Numbered from the stretch's first letter, positions 50,901-61,328 are shown. The stretch is DNA of 64,000 nucleotides from Candidatus Woesearchaeota archaeon (GCA_965205335.1 OZ242164.1:32001-96000), one strand, 5' to 3'. Translations and numbers: made by a program. Notes: generated from the sequence alone by a model not told the origin.

Positions 50901-51059
50901 GCCAGAAAACTCTTTGAATGTAATGAAGGAATGAAGTATTCTCTTTATGTTGTGTCAAATACAGGAAAAGAAAATGCAAAAATAAAACGTTATCAAAATC
51001 CAGTTAAACTTTGGAAAGAAGGCAGACTTTATGCACATCCTGTCAATCTTAAATTATAG
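47955..51059 (+). CDS. Sacsin-like GHKL ATPase + DUF3883 (NO VEIN C-terminal) nuclease protein
   Basis: YEILQNSED, HNG, GKFGVGFKSVF; C-terminal GDWGE..GYDF..YIEVKS. Confidence 0.88.
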   Translation: MEEMSKEDREKFQELLANRENWVNSTKKNKFEGINKFLTKQYSKDLHFIYEILQNSEDTKAKEIKFELFRDKLDIYHNGRDFEFKDIEAITGIGNSTKEEDLTKIGKFGVGFKSVFTITQTPNIFSGKYSFRIEELVIPKEVKRNEEISGTLIRIPFNSDKPPKEKTFETLSNGLENFELKTLLFLKNIEKIKWKTPNSGEDYLKKSSKILQDKNSLVTRRVKLESSLGIKEDYIVIEKSVKIENKNLPIEIAFKLDNDEKGRETIVPQKNSKLFVFFSTEKDTYLKFIIQGPYKTTPNRENIPLEDEQNKEIIEKTGELIADSLSVIKDLGYLNSDFLDILPIDSSYSKEDIYSVLYGKVKEKLLLEEFLPTFDGNHARPDECILARGRSLTEFLKKNDIQELYSKNYWLDTNITIDTKKELRDYLMNELQVKEVDFGNFVKDITKEFLQSKSDEWVIDFYSKLLEQKSQWKALKQKDIIRLHDNSHISLHDSEGKIQAYLPTKTKSNYKTVKSSLLNHKYSSKFLKEFGMKEPDEFAEVEEFIIPKYKKENVTRDGDYYDDFRKILNAYDKMSRNEVNSFKNDLLKCSFILSVRNDDTKEESLRSPNKLYFSSDDLKEFFNGYEEAYFVSEKLSKKFEKEKMKKFLNSLGVKDTPRRIKIGRSLTLEEKKILKGRISSYENNSCTDYEYEGLENFIKKGITLRKSRLLWRLLLRSIEKLGTWGKFFEFEYEWYYYTSHSEYFEAKFLKTLQQTGWLLDKDDKLRKPSDITFSQLHDDYVKDNSQILEKVLRFKPDILEQLPDEYKETLEKGKMVEELGLTEDDLKEVAKKKSQEQNKVQETWTPECEPENMLNSEIEEVDPSKIITPDRDLSNQRRSNRTKEIEELSEETKITGRETFEKTPADKKAIGDWGEKYVYEYLKEKYKEQEGCEIIWMNDNMTGEGYDFCIKKNGEEIKYIEVKSKTEENPMLVEIQGAQWEFARKLFECNEGMKYSLYVVSNTGKENAKIKRYQNPVKLWKEGRLYAHPVNLKL

Positions 51060-51429
51060 TTAAAATTTTATCAATTAATCTTACTCGAACATCCTCTAAT
51101 CTATCAATATCAAAAGTTGTTTGTAGAGGAAGTTTTAAATTTTTTCCATTAGCATATTTATACTTAGTAACATAGTACTTATTATTGCTAATTTTCATAA
51201 TTTAGATTATAATCCAAAGTCTTTAATTTTTGTTAAAGGTCAATCTCATTATAAGGTAGAAATTGAATTTTTTGATAAGAATTGAATTAAAATTATAATA
51301 ATAAGCAAATTTCCTGAATTACCAACTAAAGAGATAATTATATAAATTGTAAATTTTAGAGCATTATTATGGAACATAAAAAAGATGACCCTGTAGATAC
51401 ACCTAATTTTGAGTTAAAAAGTGATTTAG

Positions 51430-51969
51430 ATGATCCAGTGGATGACCCTTCATTTGAAGAGGATAGTTATAATGAAGATTAGTGAGTTAAAAAAAAGTTT
51501 AACTGAAGTTAGATGTAATTATTATAGAGAATTACAAGGATTTAGAGATATTGAAATTAAATCTTCTTTTTTTCTTGTATTAAATTTTCTATTAATTATA
51601 GAATTTTTAGATATTAAAAATGGTCATTTGAGTGGTTTACTTATTTTTATTATAATGTTAATTGTATTTTATCCTTTTTATAAAGTATATAAACTAAGAC
51701 TTGTGATGATACCACATAAAGAACTTAATCTTAAAAAGGATGATAAACAGCAATATGAACATTATAATGATCTTAATGATGTTTTTGATAAATTGGGTAA
51801 AATGAAGGGTATAAAATATTATGAAGAATTATATAATCGTTATAAACAATGTTATTATTCTAATAAAATATGTATTCGTCATAAAACAAAATGGTTTAAA
51901 TCAATTTTTAACAACACAATTGTTTTAGTTGTTTTTATATTCTTTGTAAAAATACTTTTCTTTTTCTAA
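51430..51969 (+). CDS. Membrane protein (Pycsar-effector/SLATT-like topology, uncertain)
   Basis: 2 TM + helical region + C-terminal TM. Confidence 0.45.
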   Translation: MIQWMTLHLKRIVIMKISELKKSLTEVRCNYYRELQGFRDIEIKSSFFLVLNFLLIIEFLDIKNGHLSGLLIFIIMLIVFYPFYKVYKLRLVMIPHKELNLKKDDKQQYEHYNDLNDVFDKLGKMKGIKYYEELYNRYKQCYYSNKICIRHKTKWFKSIFNNTIVLVVFIFFVKILFFF

Positions 51970-52047
51970 TAAAAATAAAAGGAAAAAATTTAAATAGATG
52001 GAGGATAAATTTATTAATATGGAAGAAATATTAAAGAATTTTAAAAT

Positions 52048-53091
52048 TCAAATACTACTTACTTTATTATTTAGTTTATTTCTATTTGGATGTATGTCTT
52101 GTACTAATTCATCACAGTTTCTATATCTTTCTCCTTTTTCACCAAACTTTTGAAAATATCTTTCATATTGTGGTTGATTATTATCATTTGGACTGGTGTA
52201 GCGAATGAGAGTAATAGGAAGTTCTTTTTTATCTTCATCACTAAAAATTTTATCCACGTTAAACTTTAGGCTTTGATGTCCAACTCCTAAAAATGTAAGC
52301 CTTATCTCCACGTTTGAATATTCTCCCATTAAATCTTTGATTCTTTTCTTTATGTGAGAAAAAGTGAACTGTATCTTTGCATCGTGGCAAGATACAGTGT
52401 TGGTTAAAGTTGAGTTTATAGTATTTGCCAGAAGACCTTCATCGGACATAGAGTTTTTAAATGTAAAACTACTTGGAAAACAATTTCCTTTTTTAATTTT
52501 TAAATATTCAAACTCAGGTAAAAATATTCCGTGTGGATAGAATATATCTTTTGCACAATTTATATAATGATCCTCAATCTCAAAACCTTTGTTTATTTCG
52601 TGTTCTCTTTTTTTCCCAATGGATATGCTTTTATATTCCTCTCTAAAGAAATCAATAATCTTTAAAAGAAGAATATTGTCATAATTAAAATTCACAAACA
52701 TAATCTTGTTTTCGGTGTTGCTATTGGGCAATAATCTGTTCAGATCGTGATTCTTAATAAACTTGTCAATCCAATCGTTTTTTGGCCTAATGTTGGTTTT
52801 TGATTTAAATATTTCATTTACACCTGCAAAAAGCACATCTTCGATTTCTGAGCCATTTTCCTTAGTTTTGGCAACCTCACTAATCATTTCATCAACTGTT
52901 TCATATCCATTAGGTTTGCCTATCTTTTCTAATCCTTCTAAGAGGGTTTGACGAATGGTAGAACTGATGTTTTTGTTATTGCTTATATGTTCTCTTAGTA
53001 AGTTCTGTAATTCTCTCCATAGAGGTAACCCATAATCCTTTGATGCACCTGCTCCTAAGATGAATATGTCAATATATTTTGTTTTTTTCAT
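52048..53091 (-). CDS. SIR2-like domain protein
   Basis: FILGAGASKDYGLP, VNFNYD, YPHG, FLGVG. Confidence 0.75.
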   Translation of the reverse strand: MKKTKYIDIFILGAGASKDYGLPLWRELQNLLREHISNNKNISSTIRQTLLEGLEKIGKPNGYETVDEMISEVAKTKENGSEIEDVLFAGVNEIFKSKTNIRPKNDWIDKFIKNHDLNRLLPNSNTENKIMFVNFNYDNILLLKIIDFFREEYKSISIGKKREHEINKGFEIEDHYINCAKDIFYPHGIFLPEFEYLKIKKGNCFPSSFTFKNSMSDEGLLANTINSTLTNTVSCHDAKIQFTFSHIKKRIKDLMGEYSNVEIRLTFLGVGHQSLKFNVDKIFSDEDKKELPITLIRYTSPNDNNQPQYERYFQKFGEKGERYRNCDELVQDIHPNRNKLNNKVSSI

Positions 53092-53134
53092 AATTATTCT
53101 ACATAAGTTTGTATTATAAATTTATTGTGTAGTG

Positions 53135-53262
53135 GGTTCTGTCCAGAAATTGTTTTTTCCGAATTTAATACTAATTATATTTAATTAAAGAAAAAAATTA
53201 TTTGTTAAAAATTGTTTTATTTATATAACATCTTGAGTTCTCTTGACTTTCCGGACAGAGCC
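53135..53262. mobile_element. 128-bp MITE, full copy
   Basis: GGTTCTGTCCAGAAATT ... TTTCCGGACAGAGCC; same length and body as 15345-15472. Confidence 0.9.
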
Positions 53263-53372
53263 GATTAATTATTTTATCAAATAGCTGATAAAAGAACTTA
53301 GGTAGAAAATAAAGAGAGAAAACATTAAAAAATAAAGTAAAATTTATATGAAAGAAAAAATTCTTTATATTA

Positions 53373-54500
53373 ATGGGCTTAAAATTAATAGAATTTTCTG
53401 TAGAAAACTATAGAAATTTGAATATTGATAAAGTAAAGGTGAATAATAAATTATCTATTGTTGGAATTAATAATATAGGAAAAACTAATTTAATTAAACT
53501 TATTTCTTATGTTTTACATCCTGACAGATATCCTTCAAATAATGAATTTTTTTCCAAAAAAGAGAATTATTCTAATCCTGATAAACCAATAATTGTTGAT
53601 TTGGCTTTTAGTGTGGATGAAGATATTAAACAGGATGGATATTTTATGAAATACTTTGAAGATTTTATTCATCAAGATAAAATATTTCTAAAATTTGAAA
53701 GAAAATGGCATGGTGAAGCAAACTTCTATATTGCTGGTTCAGGTGATTTTTATAGAGAATATCCTGAATGGGTTAAACAACATAGATTTAGACAATTTAA
53801 TGCTTATTTCATTACAACAGAAAAAAGTTACTTAGACGACTTCAATTTAGATAACAATAATTCATTAATTTCCGATTACTTGGAATTTCTTAAGACATAT
53901 GATTATCCCAAATTTGAAGAATTTTCTGATAGAAATAAATTAGTTGATACTCTCTCAAATTTGAATTTAAAAATTAATTTACAAAGGTTTTTCCCACAGA
54001 TTAAAGAATACTATTTTGAATTTAATAGTGAGGAAAATAAACTTGAAATATATATTAATGAAAATGGGACAAATAGGTCTTTAAATCAGATGGGATCGGG
54101 TTTAAAAAAATTATTTTTGTTAAATATTTATTTTTATTTCTTTGAGATTCTAAAGAGTAGTAAAGGACAGATGTTATTGTTAATTGATGAACCTGAAGTT
54201 AATCTTCATCCTTCTGCTCAAAGATCTATTTCAGAACTATTAAATGAGATTTCTAAAAATCAGCAAATTATAATAACTACACATTCTCCTTATATTATAG
54301 AAGATTTATTTAATATTGAGGATATTTTACTTCTCAAAAAAGATAATAACTCAAATCAGACATCTGGAAATCAAATAAATATAACAACCTTAAATGAAAT
54401 AAGTGAAGAGAAAATAATTTCCGAATTAAATTCAATAAAAAAAGAAATATTTTTTGCAGATAAAGTTATAATTGTAGAAGGATATTCTGATTATTTATAG
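53373..54500 (+). pseudogene. OLD-family ABC ATPase/nuclease truncated at the start of TOPRIM
   Basis: ENYRN, GINNIGKT, MGSG, IDEPEVNLHP, TTHSP; ends at IIVEGYSDYL. Confidence 0.8.
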
Positions 54501-56529
54501 TTCAAACGGTGATGGTTTTGCTGAATATGATAGAACTAAAAAATCAGGTAAAATTGAAAGGGAGTTAAAATTAGAACAATTTCCATCACCTGAAGAACTC
54601 TGGGAAAGATATAAAGAAGCAAGAGACATAAAAGATCCAGAAGTTGAAAAATTAATTACTCAAGATTATTATGTAGATGTTAATTCTGATAGAGAGCCGA
54701 GATATTATCAGAGGGTTGCCATTAATAGAACAATTGAAGCGGTTGCAAAAGGACAAAACAGGATTTTACTCGTTATGGCAACAGGAACAGGAAAAACTTA
54801 TACTGCATTTCAAACTATTTGGAGACTTTGGAAATCTGGAGTTAAAAAAAGAATTTTATTCTTAGCAGACAGGAATATCTTAGTAGATCAAACTATGGCG
54901 AATGATTTTAGACATTTTGGAGATAAAATGACTAAAGTTACTAAAAGAAAGGTTGATACATCATATGAAATCTATTTAGCATTATATCAAGGTTTAACTG
55001 GTGAAGATGAAGTAAAAAATATTTACAAACAATTTTCTAAAGATTTTTTTGATTTGGTTATTGTGGATGAGTGTCATAGAGGAAGTGCGGCAGAGGATTC
55101 TGCCTGGAGAGAAGTATTGGAATACTTTTCAAGTGCAACCCAAATAGGAATGACTGCAACACCAAAAGAAACTAAAGAGGTTTCAAATATTCATTATTTT
55201 GGAGAACCAATATACACATATTCCTTAAAGCAAGGTATTGAAGATGGGTTTTTAGCACCTTATAGAGTAATTAGAATTACATTTGATAAGGACATTGAAT
55301 GGAGGCCTTATTTACAACAAACAGATAGATATGGAGAATTAATACCAGATAGAGAATATAATATTAAAGATTATGATAGGAAAATTGTTTTAGAAAAAAG
55401 AACTGAACTTGTAGCAAAAAAAGTTAGTGAATATTTAAAGGAAACAGATAGATTTGATAAGACAATAATTTTCTGTACTGATATTGAACACGCAGAACGC
55501 ATGACACTTGCTTTAATGAATGAAAATAGCGATTTGGTAGCTAAGAATAGAAAATACGTGATGCAGATTACAGGTGATAATGATGAAGGTAAAAAAGAAT
55601 TAGATAATTTCATTGACCCTGAAATTTCATATCCTGTTATTGCTACAACATCCAAGTTAATGACTACTGGTGTTGATGCTCAAACTTGTAAATTAATTGT
55701 TTTAGATTCTAATATACAGTCAATGACTGAATTTAAACAAATTATTGGTAGGGGAACAAGAATTAATGAAGAATTTGGAAAATTTTATTTTACTATTCTT
55801 GATTTTAGAGGCGTTACTCGTTTATTTGCTGACCCTGATTTTGATGGTGAGCCTGTTGAAATATATGAATCATCAGGAGATGAACCACCAGTAATTAAAG
55901 AAGATGAGGCAGTTGAGGAAGAAGTAGAAGTAAAAGAAGGAGTTTACTTTAACAAAAGAAAAGAAAAAATTAGAAAATATTATGTTAATAATGTGCATGT
56001 AAGTGTAGCATCTCAAAGAGTACAATATTATGATAGTGATGGTAAATTAATTACTGAAAGTCTAAAAGATTATTCTAAGAAGAATATTCTTCAGGAATAC
56101 AGAGAAATGAGTGATTTCTTAACAAAATGGGGAAGTTTTAAGAAATCTGCTGTGATTAAGGAACTTGAAGAACAAGGTGTTTTATTTAGTGAGTTAGAAA
56201 AAGAGATAGGTAAAGATTTAGATCCCTTTGATTTGGTTTGTCATATTGCTTACGACCAAAAACCCCTAACAAGAAAGGAAAGAGCCAATAATGTTAAAAA
56301 AAGAAACTATTTTGGGAAATATGGAGATAAAGCAAGAAAAGTTATTGATGTACTTTTAGATAAATATGCAAGTAGTGGAATTGAAAATATTGAAGATTTA
56401 AATGTGTTAAAAGTTAAACCATTATCCGATATGGGTTCACAGTTAGAAATTGTAAATATTTTTGGGGGAAAATCTGGTTACTTAAAAGTTATAGCAGAAC
56501 TTGAAAAACAATTGTATGGAGAGTTATAA
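54478..56529 (+). pseudogene. hsdR: Type I R-M HsdR (EcoAI/EcoEI-like) lacking its N-terminal nuclease domain
   Basis: Frame open from 54478 (YSSNGDGF..FPSPEELW..PRYYQ..MATGTGKT, DECH, QIIGRGTR) but no start codon or D-E-x-K motif upstream. Confidence 0.85.
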
Positions 56530-56533
56530 TAAG

Positions 56534-57955
56534 ATGACAGTTAATACAACAAATATTAAATCAATACAAGACATTATGCGTAAAGATGCTGGTGTAGATG
56601 GTGATGCTCAAAGAATTTCACAATTGGTTTGGATGATTTTTTTAAAAGTATTTGATGATAAGGAAAAGGAATGGGAATTAAAGGATAATTATGAATCTCC
56701 AATCCCGGAAGAGTTAAGATGGCGTAGTTGGGCTTCGGATAAAGAAGGTATTACTGGTGATGGATTATTGGATTTTGTTAATAATAATTTATTTAAATCT
56801 CTAAAAAATTTATCTATTAGCAAGGATAATGAAAAGGGAATTTTAGTTAGAGACGTGTTTGAGGATGCTTATAATTATATGAAGTCTGGAACTTTAATTA
56901 GACAAGTCGTAAATGAGATTAATAAGATTGATTTTACAAGTTCTGAAGATAGACACACATTTAATGATATTTATGAAAACATTTTGAAGGATTTGCAGAG
57001 TGCAGGAAATGCTGGAGAGTTCTATACGCCAAGGGCAGTCACTCAGTTTATTGTAGACATGATTAATCCCCAATTAGGTGAAAATGTGGTTGATCCTGCT
57101 TGTGGTACTGGTGGTTTTTTAATTTGTTCATTAGAACACTTAAGGGAACAAGTAAAAGATGTTGAAGGTAGAAAAATATTACAAGAATCTATATTAGGTA
57201 CTGAAAAAAAACCTCTACCTCATTTGCTTTGTACTACTAATATGATTTTACACGATATTGAAATACCAAATATTAGACATGATAATTCTTTAGCAAGACC
57301 ACTTAGAAGCATCGGACAATCTGAAAGGGTAGAAGTTGTTGTAACCAATCCACCTTTTGGAGGTGTTGAGGAAGATGGTATTTTAGCAAATTTTCCTTCT
57401 GCTTACAAGACGAAAGAAACAGCAGATTTATTCTTAGTTCTTGTAATGCAAATGCTTAAAGATAGAGGCAGATGTGGTTTAGTTTTGCCAGATGGTTTTT
57501 TATTTGGTGAGGGTGTTAAGACAAGGATTAAAGAAAAACTGTTAGCAGAATTTAATTTGCACACAATTGTAAGATTGCCTAATGGAGTATTCAGTCCTTA
57601 TACTGGAATCAATACTAATTTATTATTTTTTGAAAAAGGAACGCCTACTAAAGAAATTTGGTATTTTGAACACCCATATCCTGAAGGTGTTAAAAATTAC
57701 AACAAGACGAAGCCTATTCACATCAAAGAATTTGATTTGGAGAAATCTTGGTGGGATAACAGGGTTAAAAATCAGTATGCTTGGAAGGTTAGTATTGATG
57801 AGATTAAAGGGAGAAATTATAATTTAGATATTAAAAACCCAAATAAAACAGTTGAAGAAAAACAATACAGTTCCAAAGAATTAATTGAAATGCTTGATAA
57901 AAGTATTGCTAAAAGCAAATCAACATTAGATTTGATTAAAAATGAATTATTATAA
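56534..57955 (+). CDS. hsdM: Type I R-M methyltransferase subunit
   Basis: GEFYTPR, DPACGTGGF, TNPPFGG; start probably MTVNTT at 56534. Confidence 0.95.
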   Translation: MTVNTTNIKSIQDIMRKDAGVDGDAQRISQLVWMIFLKVFDDKEKEWELKDNYESPIPEELRWRSWASDKEGITGDGLLDFVNNNLFKSLKNLSISKDNEKGILVRDVFEDAYNYMKSGTLIRQVVNEINKIDFTSSEDRHTFNDIYENILKDLQSAGNAGEFYTPRAVTQFIVDMINPQLGENVVDPACGTGGFLICSLEHLREQVKDVEGRKILQESILGTEKKPLPHLLCTTNMILHDIEIPNIRHDNSLARPLRSIGQSERVEVVVTNPPFGGVEEDGILANFPSAYKTKETADLFLVLVMQMLKDRGRCGLVLPDGFLFGEGVKTRIKEKLLAEFNLHTIVRLPNGVFSPYTGINTNLLFFEKGTPTKEIWYFEHPYPEGVKNYNKTKPIHIKEFDLEKSWWDNRVKNQYAWKVSIDEIKGRNYNLDIKNPNKTVEEKQYSSKELIEMLDKSIAKSKSTLDLIKNELL

Positions 57956-57957
57956 AA

Positions 57958-59439
57958 ATGAAAGCACCTGAAAAATTTAGAATTATAGCTGGCAGTCCAT
58001 TTTCAAAAATAGCTTCTTACTATATTGATGTAATCCTAAAAAATTTACCTGAAAAAACTATTAAAGACTATAAATTAGAAATTAATACTGGTAAAACTCC
58101 TTCAATGTCTAAACAAAAATATTATGACTATGAAGAATTTAATTGGTTTAAACCAAATGAAATAGGGAATGGAATTTATTTGAATGAGTCAGAAAATAAA
58201 ATCTCAAATCTTGCTATTAAAGAAAAACAAGCGACAGTTTTTAAAAAACACACATTACTGATAAATTGTATTGGTGATGTTGGAAGGTTAGGAATTTTAA
58301 CCAAAGAAGCATCAAGTAATCAACAAATAACAGGAATATTATTTAATGACAAAGTATTACCTGAATTTGCTTACTTTTATTTACTTGGAAAAAAAGATTA
58401 CTTTATATTAAATTCGTCTTCTACCACTTTACCTATAATTAATCAAAAGAAATTATTATCATTTCCATTTAAATGTCCATCCATTCCAGAACAAAGAAAT
58501 ATTGTTGATTTTATATTATATTGTTGGGATTGTTTTGATAAGAACTTAATACCTGAAAAATTCAATTTTGATTTAACAAATGAAGTTTATGAGTTTTCTA
58601 AAAAAATATTTCAAATTTATTACACTCAGAATTCTATTATTTTAGAACAAGAAAATCAGCAAAAAAATCTAAATAAACTTAAAGAAGCAATATTACAAGA
58701 AGCAGTTCAAGGAAAGTTAGTTAAACAAAACTCTAATGATGAACCAGCATCGGTTTTACTTGAAAAAATTAAAAAAGAAAAAGAGCAATTAATTAAAGAA
58801 AAGAAAATTAAAAAAGAAAAACTATTACCTGAAATAACACAAGATGAAATTCCTTATGACTTACCTAATAATTGGGAGTGGAGTAGATTGGGAAATATTA
58901 GTGAAATAATAATGGGACAATCCCCTCCTTCAGCAACATACAATGATAAAATGGTTGGATTACCATTTTATCAAGGAAAAACTAATTTTGGAAAAATTCA
59001 TCCAACACCTACAAGTTGGTGTTCTAAGCCGGTGAAAATTATACAAAAAGATGATATTTTGATTTCTGTAAGAGCACCTGTAGGTCCAACAAATTTAAGT
59101 ATAGAAGAATCTTGTATTGGGAGAGGTTTGGCTGGAATTCGTCCAATTTTAGTAAATTACAAATATATATTAATATTTTTTAAAGCAATTGAACCTATAT
59201 TTTCAAAAAAAGGATATGGTTCCACATTTTCTGCAATTACAAAAAAAGACTTATATTTTGAGTTGCTACCGCTTCCACCATTAGAAGAACAAAAAAGAAT
59301 TGTTGAGAAAGTTGATACACTTATGATTTATTGTGATGAATTGGAACAGGAGATTAATAAATCTAAACAACAAGCAGAACAATTGACACAATCTGTATTA
59401 AAAGAAGCATTTACAGAAAAATTAGAATTAAAATTATAA
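57958..59439 (+). CDS. hsdS: Type I R-M specificity subunit
   Basis: Two TRDs, PSIPEQ and PLPPLEEQKRIV repeats, QGKLV..DEPASVLL spacer. Confidence 0.93.
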   Translation: MKAPEKFRIIAGSPFSKIASYYIDVILKNLPEKTIKDYKLEINTGKTPSMSKQKYYDYEEFNWFKPNEIGNGIYLNESENKISNLAIKEKQATVFKKHTLLINCIGDVGRLGILTKEASSNQQITGILFNDKVLPEFAYFYLLGKKDYFILNSSSTTLPIINQKKLLSFPFKCPSIPEQRNIVDFILYCWDCFDKNLIPEKFNFDLTNEVYEFSKKIFQIYYTQNSIILEQENQQKNLNKLKEAILQEAVQGKLVKQNSNDEPASVLLEKIKKEKEQLIKEKKIKKEKLLPEITQDEIPYDLPNNWEWSRLGNISEIIMGQSPPSATYNDKMVGLPFYQGKTNFGKIHPTPTSWCSKPVKIIQKDDILISVRAPVGPTNLSIEESCIGRGLAGIRPILVNYKYILIFFKAIEPIFSKKGYGSTFSAITKKDLYFELLPLPPLEEQKRIVEKVDTLMIYCDELEQEINKSKQQAEQLTQSVLKEAFTEKLELKL

Positions 59440-59483
59440 AATATGCAAATTCCCTAAATTATTAACTAAATCAAAATAGAAAT

Positions 59484-60719
59484 CTAATGTGAAATATTAG
59501 CTAAATGCAAAGTTAAGAAAACTTCTTTTTTTGAACCATGTGAAGATAAGAATTTATATTTAAAACTACTTTCAGAAACATCTTTCTCAAAGGAAATATA
59601 ATTAGAATGATTTTCTATATATTCTTTTGATTTTTCAAGAACATCTTGAAAATCGCTATTTCTAGAAAATATTATGTAACTACATTTGGAATCCCTCCAA
59701 GTTAAATTATCTAAAAGTTGAGTTATTCCTTCAATAAAATATATTTCTCCTTTCCAGATTTTACACTCAGAAATATATAAATTCTTATCTTTATATCTTA
59801 TTAATATATCTGTTTTACCACTCCTATTAAATGCTTCAGATGAGACAAGTCCATTAAATGAAGCAGAAGCATTGAGAGCAGTAACTATCATATCTCTTAA
59901 TGATTCTTCTTTTAAATCTTTAATAGGTTTGGAACATCTTTCAATATTAATTAAGATAGAGTTTATAGTTCTAGTAATTTTATCATAGGTTGATTCATAT
60001 AAAATTGGATCTTTAGAGGGAGAATCTTCATTTAATATCTCTATGTTGAACTTCTCTATTGGGTTAACAAAACCAATGGGATTAGCATCTTCTTTTTTCT
60101 TTGAAGGTATTCCTAAAGAGTTTATTATTTCATCATCTTTTTCTAGTTTACTTTTTCTAGTTTGAATTTCAGAAGATATTAAATTTTGTATTTGTTCGTT
60201 ATATTGTGAAATATCTTTATTTAACCAATTTAAATACTTTAAGACCAATTCCTCATCATATTTTATTCTTTTAAGAAGTTCTTCAGATGATTCAGATTCT
60301 GATAAAAAGTCAAAATTCAAGATTACTTCATTTTCTAAAACTTTACCCTTTGGATAAACAGTTGTATAAGAAGAAGGCATTACTGAAAATAAATCTAATG
60401 TTCCTCCTGAAAATGGAATATGTATCTTTATCCTTTTTCCTTTTTTAATTATTCTTTTTCCCGTATGGGATGCAAAATATTTTGGGTTTTGACTTAAATC
60501 AATATCAACTTCTCCACCATCACTTTGATAATAATCTTCAGTTTTAAATGGTTCTATTTTCCATTTGTGAAATAAGATTAAGGATAATGAATCTTCTGAA
60601 TTCTCTAAAGCCTTTTTATCTAAATTATTAATGTCATTTTTTACTAAATTTTTTCTCACTTCAAAATATCCATAAGAATCATATTTAGTAAATAGATAAT
60701 CCATAAAATAAACTTCCAT
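59484..60719 (-). CDS. Hypothetical protein with C-terminal PD-(D/E)xK nuclease
   Basis: EESLRD..GKTDILI..ECKIWKG..QL. Confidence 0.7.
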   Translation of the reverse strand: MEVYFMDYLFTKYDSYGYFEVRKNLVKNDINNLDKKALENSEDSLSLILFHKWKIEPFKTEDYYQSDGGEVDIDLSQNPKYFASHTGKRIIKKGKRIKIHIPFSGGTLDLFSVMPSSYTTVYPKGKVLENEVILNFDFLSESESSEELLKRIKYDEELVLKYLNWLNKDISQYNEQIQNLISSEIQTRKSKLEKDDEIINSLGIPSKKKEDANPIGFVNPIEKFNIEILNEDSPSKDPILYESTYDKITRTINSILINIERCSKPIKDLKEESLRDMIVTALNASASFNGLVSSEAFNRSGKTDILIRYKDKNLYISECKIWKGEIYFIEGITQLLDNLTWRDSKCSYIIFSRNSDFQDVLEKSKEYIENHSNYISFEKDVSESSFKYKFLSSHGSKKEVFLTLHLANISH

Positions 60720-60900
60720 TTTATAGTTTATATTATTTTTGTTTATTCATTTTTCTTTTTATGAGTATATTATATTCATGAAAACAGTAATATTATTTAG
60801 TAATTTTATAGAATATTGGTAAATAGTATTTTATTTCTTTAGTTTTGCCTATATCCTTATAGTGATATTCTTCAGAATATATTTTTGTCTCTACAATATT

Positions 60901-61149
60901 CTAATTATTGCTTATTAAACCCATTATTGCTCCAATTATGCCTCCTAATATCAATCCTATAAGTAATCCTAATATTGTTACTATTCCCATCACTATTATT
61001 CTTTTTGTTATTGTATATTCTTCTCCTATAATTGTTCCTATGAATAATCCTATAAACCCTAAAACCACGCCACCATATCTTGCTCCTTTCTCTGTATTTC
61101 TATGTATTGCTTTAATTCTTTTTTTATATGAAATTTTTTTTCTAGCCAT
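60901..61149 (-). CDS. Small Gly-rich two-TM protein
   Basis: GxxxG-rich helices. Confidence 0.55.
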   Translation of the reverse strand: MARKKISYKKRIKAIHRNTEKGARYGGVVLGFIGLFIGTIIGEEYTITKRIIVMGIVTILGLLIGLILGGIIGAIMGLISNN

Positions 61150-61238
61150 AAAAATTAGAGAGTTAAATTATTTATAAATTTATGTCAATTTTGTCTCTGT
61201 CCAGAAATTAATTCACTTAAAACAAAAAAGGAAGATTT

Positions 61239-61266
61239 GAAAAGTACAGCACAATTCCCACTTTCC
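61239..61266 (+). repeat. 28-bp 11-6-11 palindrome, copy 7 (degenerate)
   Basis: GAAAAGTACAG-CACAAT-TCCCACTTTCC. Confidence 0.65.
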
Positions 61267-61328
61267 TAATTTTAATGATATTATTAAAAGGAAAAGATAT
61301 TTAAGTAGTTGGAGACTAAATAACTTTA

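Noticed and set aside
35910-54500. Gabija (OLD + UvrD) system
   Set aside because: The two genes are ~15 kb apart on opposite strands and the OLD gene is truncated.
60908-61177. 89-aa plus-strand ORF
   Set aside because: Antisense to the better-supported GxxxG membrane gene, which has a TATA-like box upstream.
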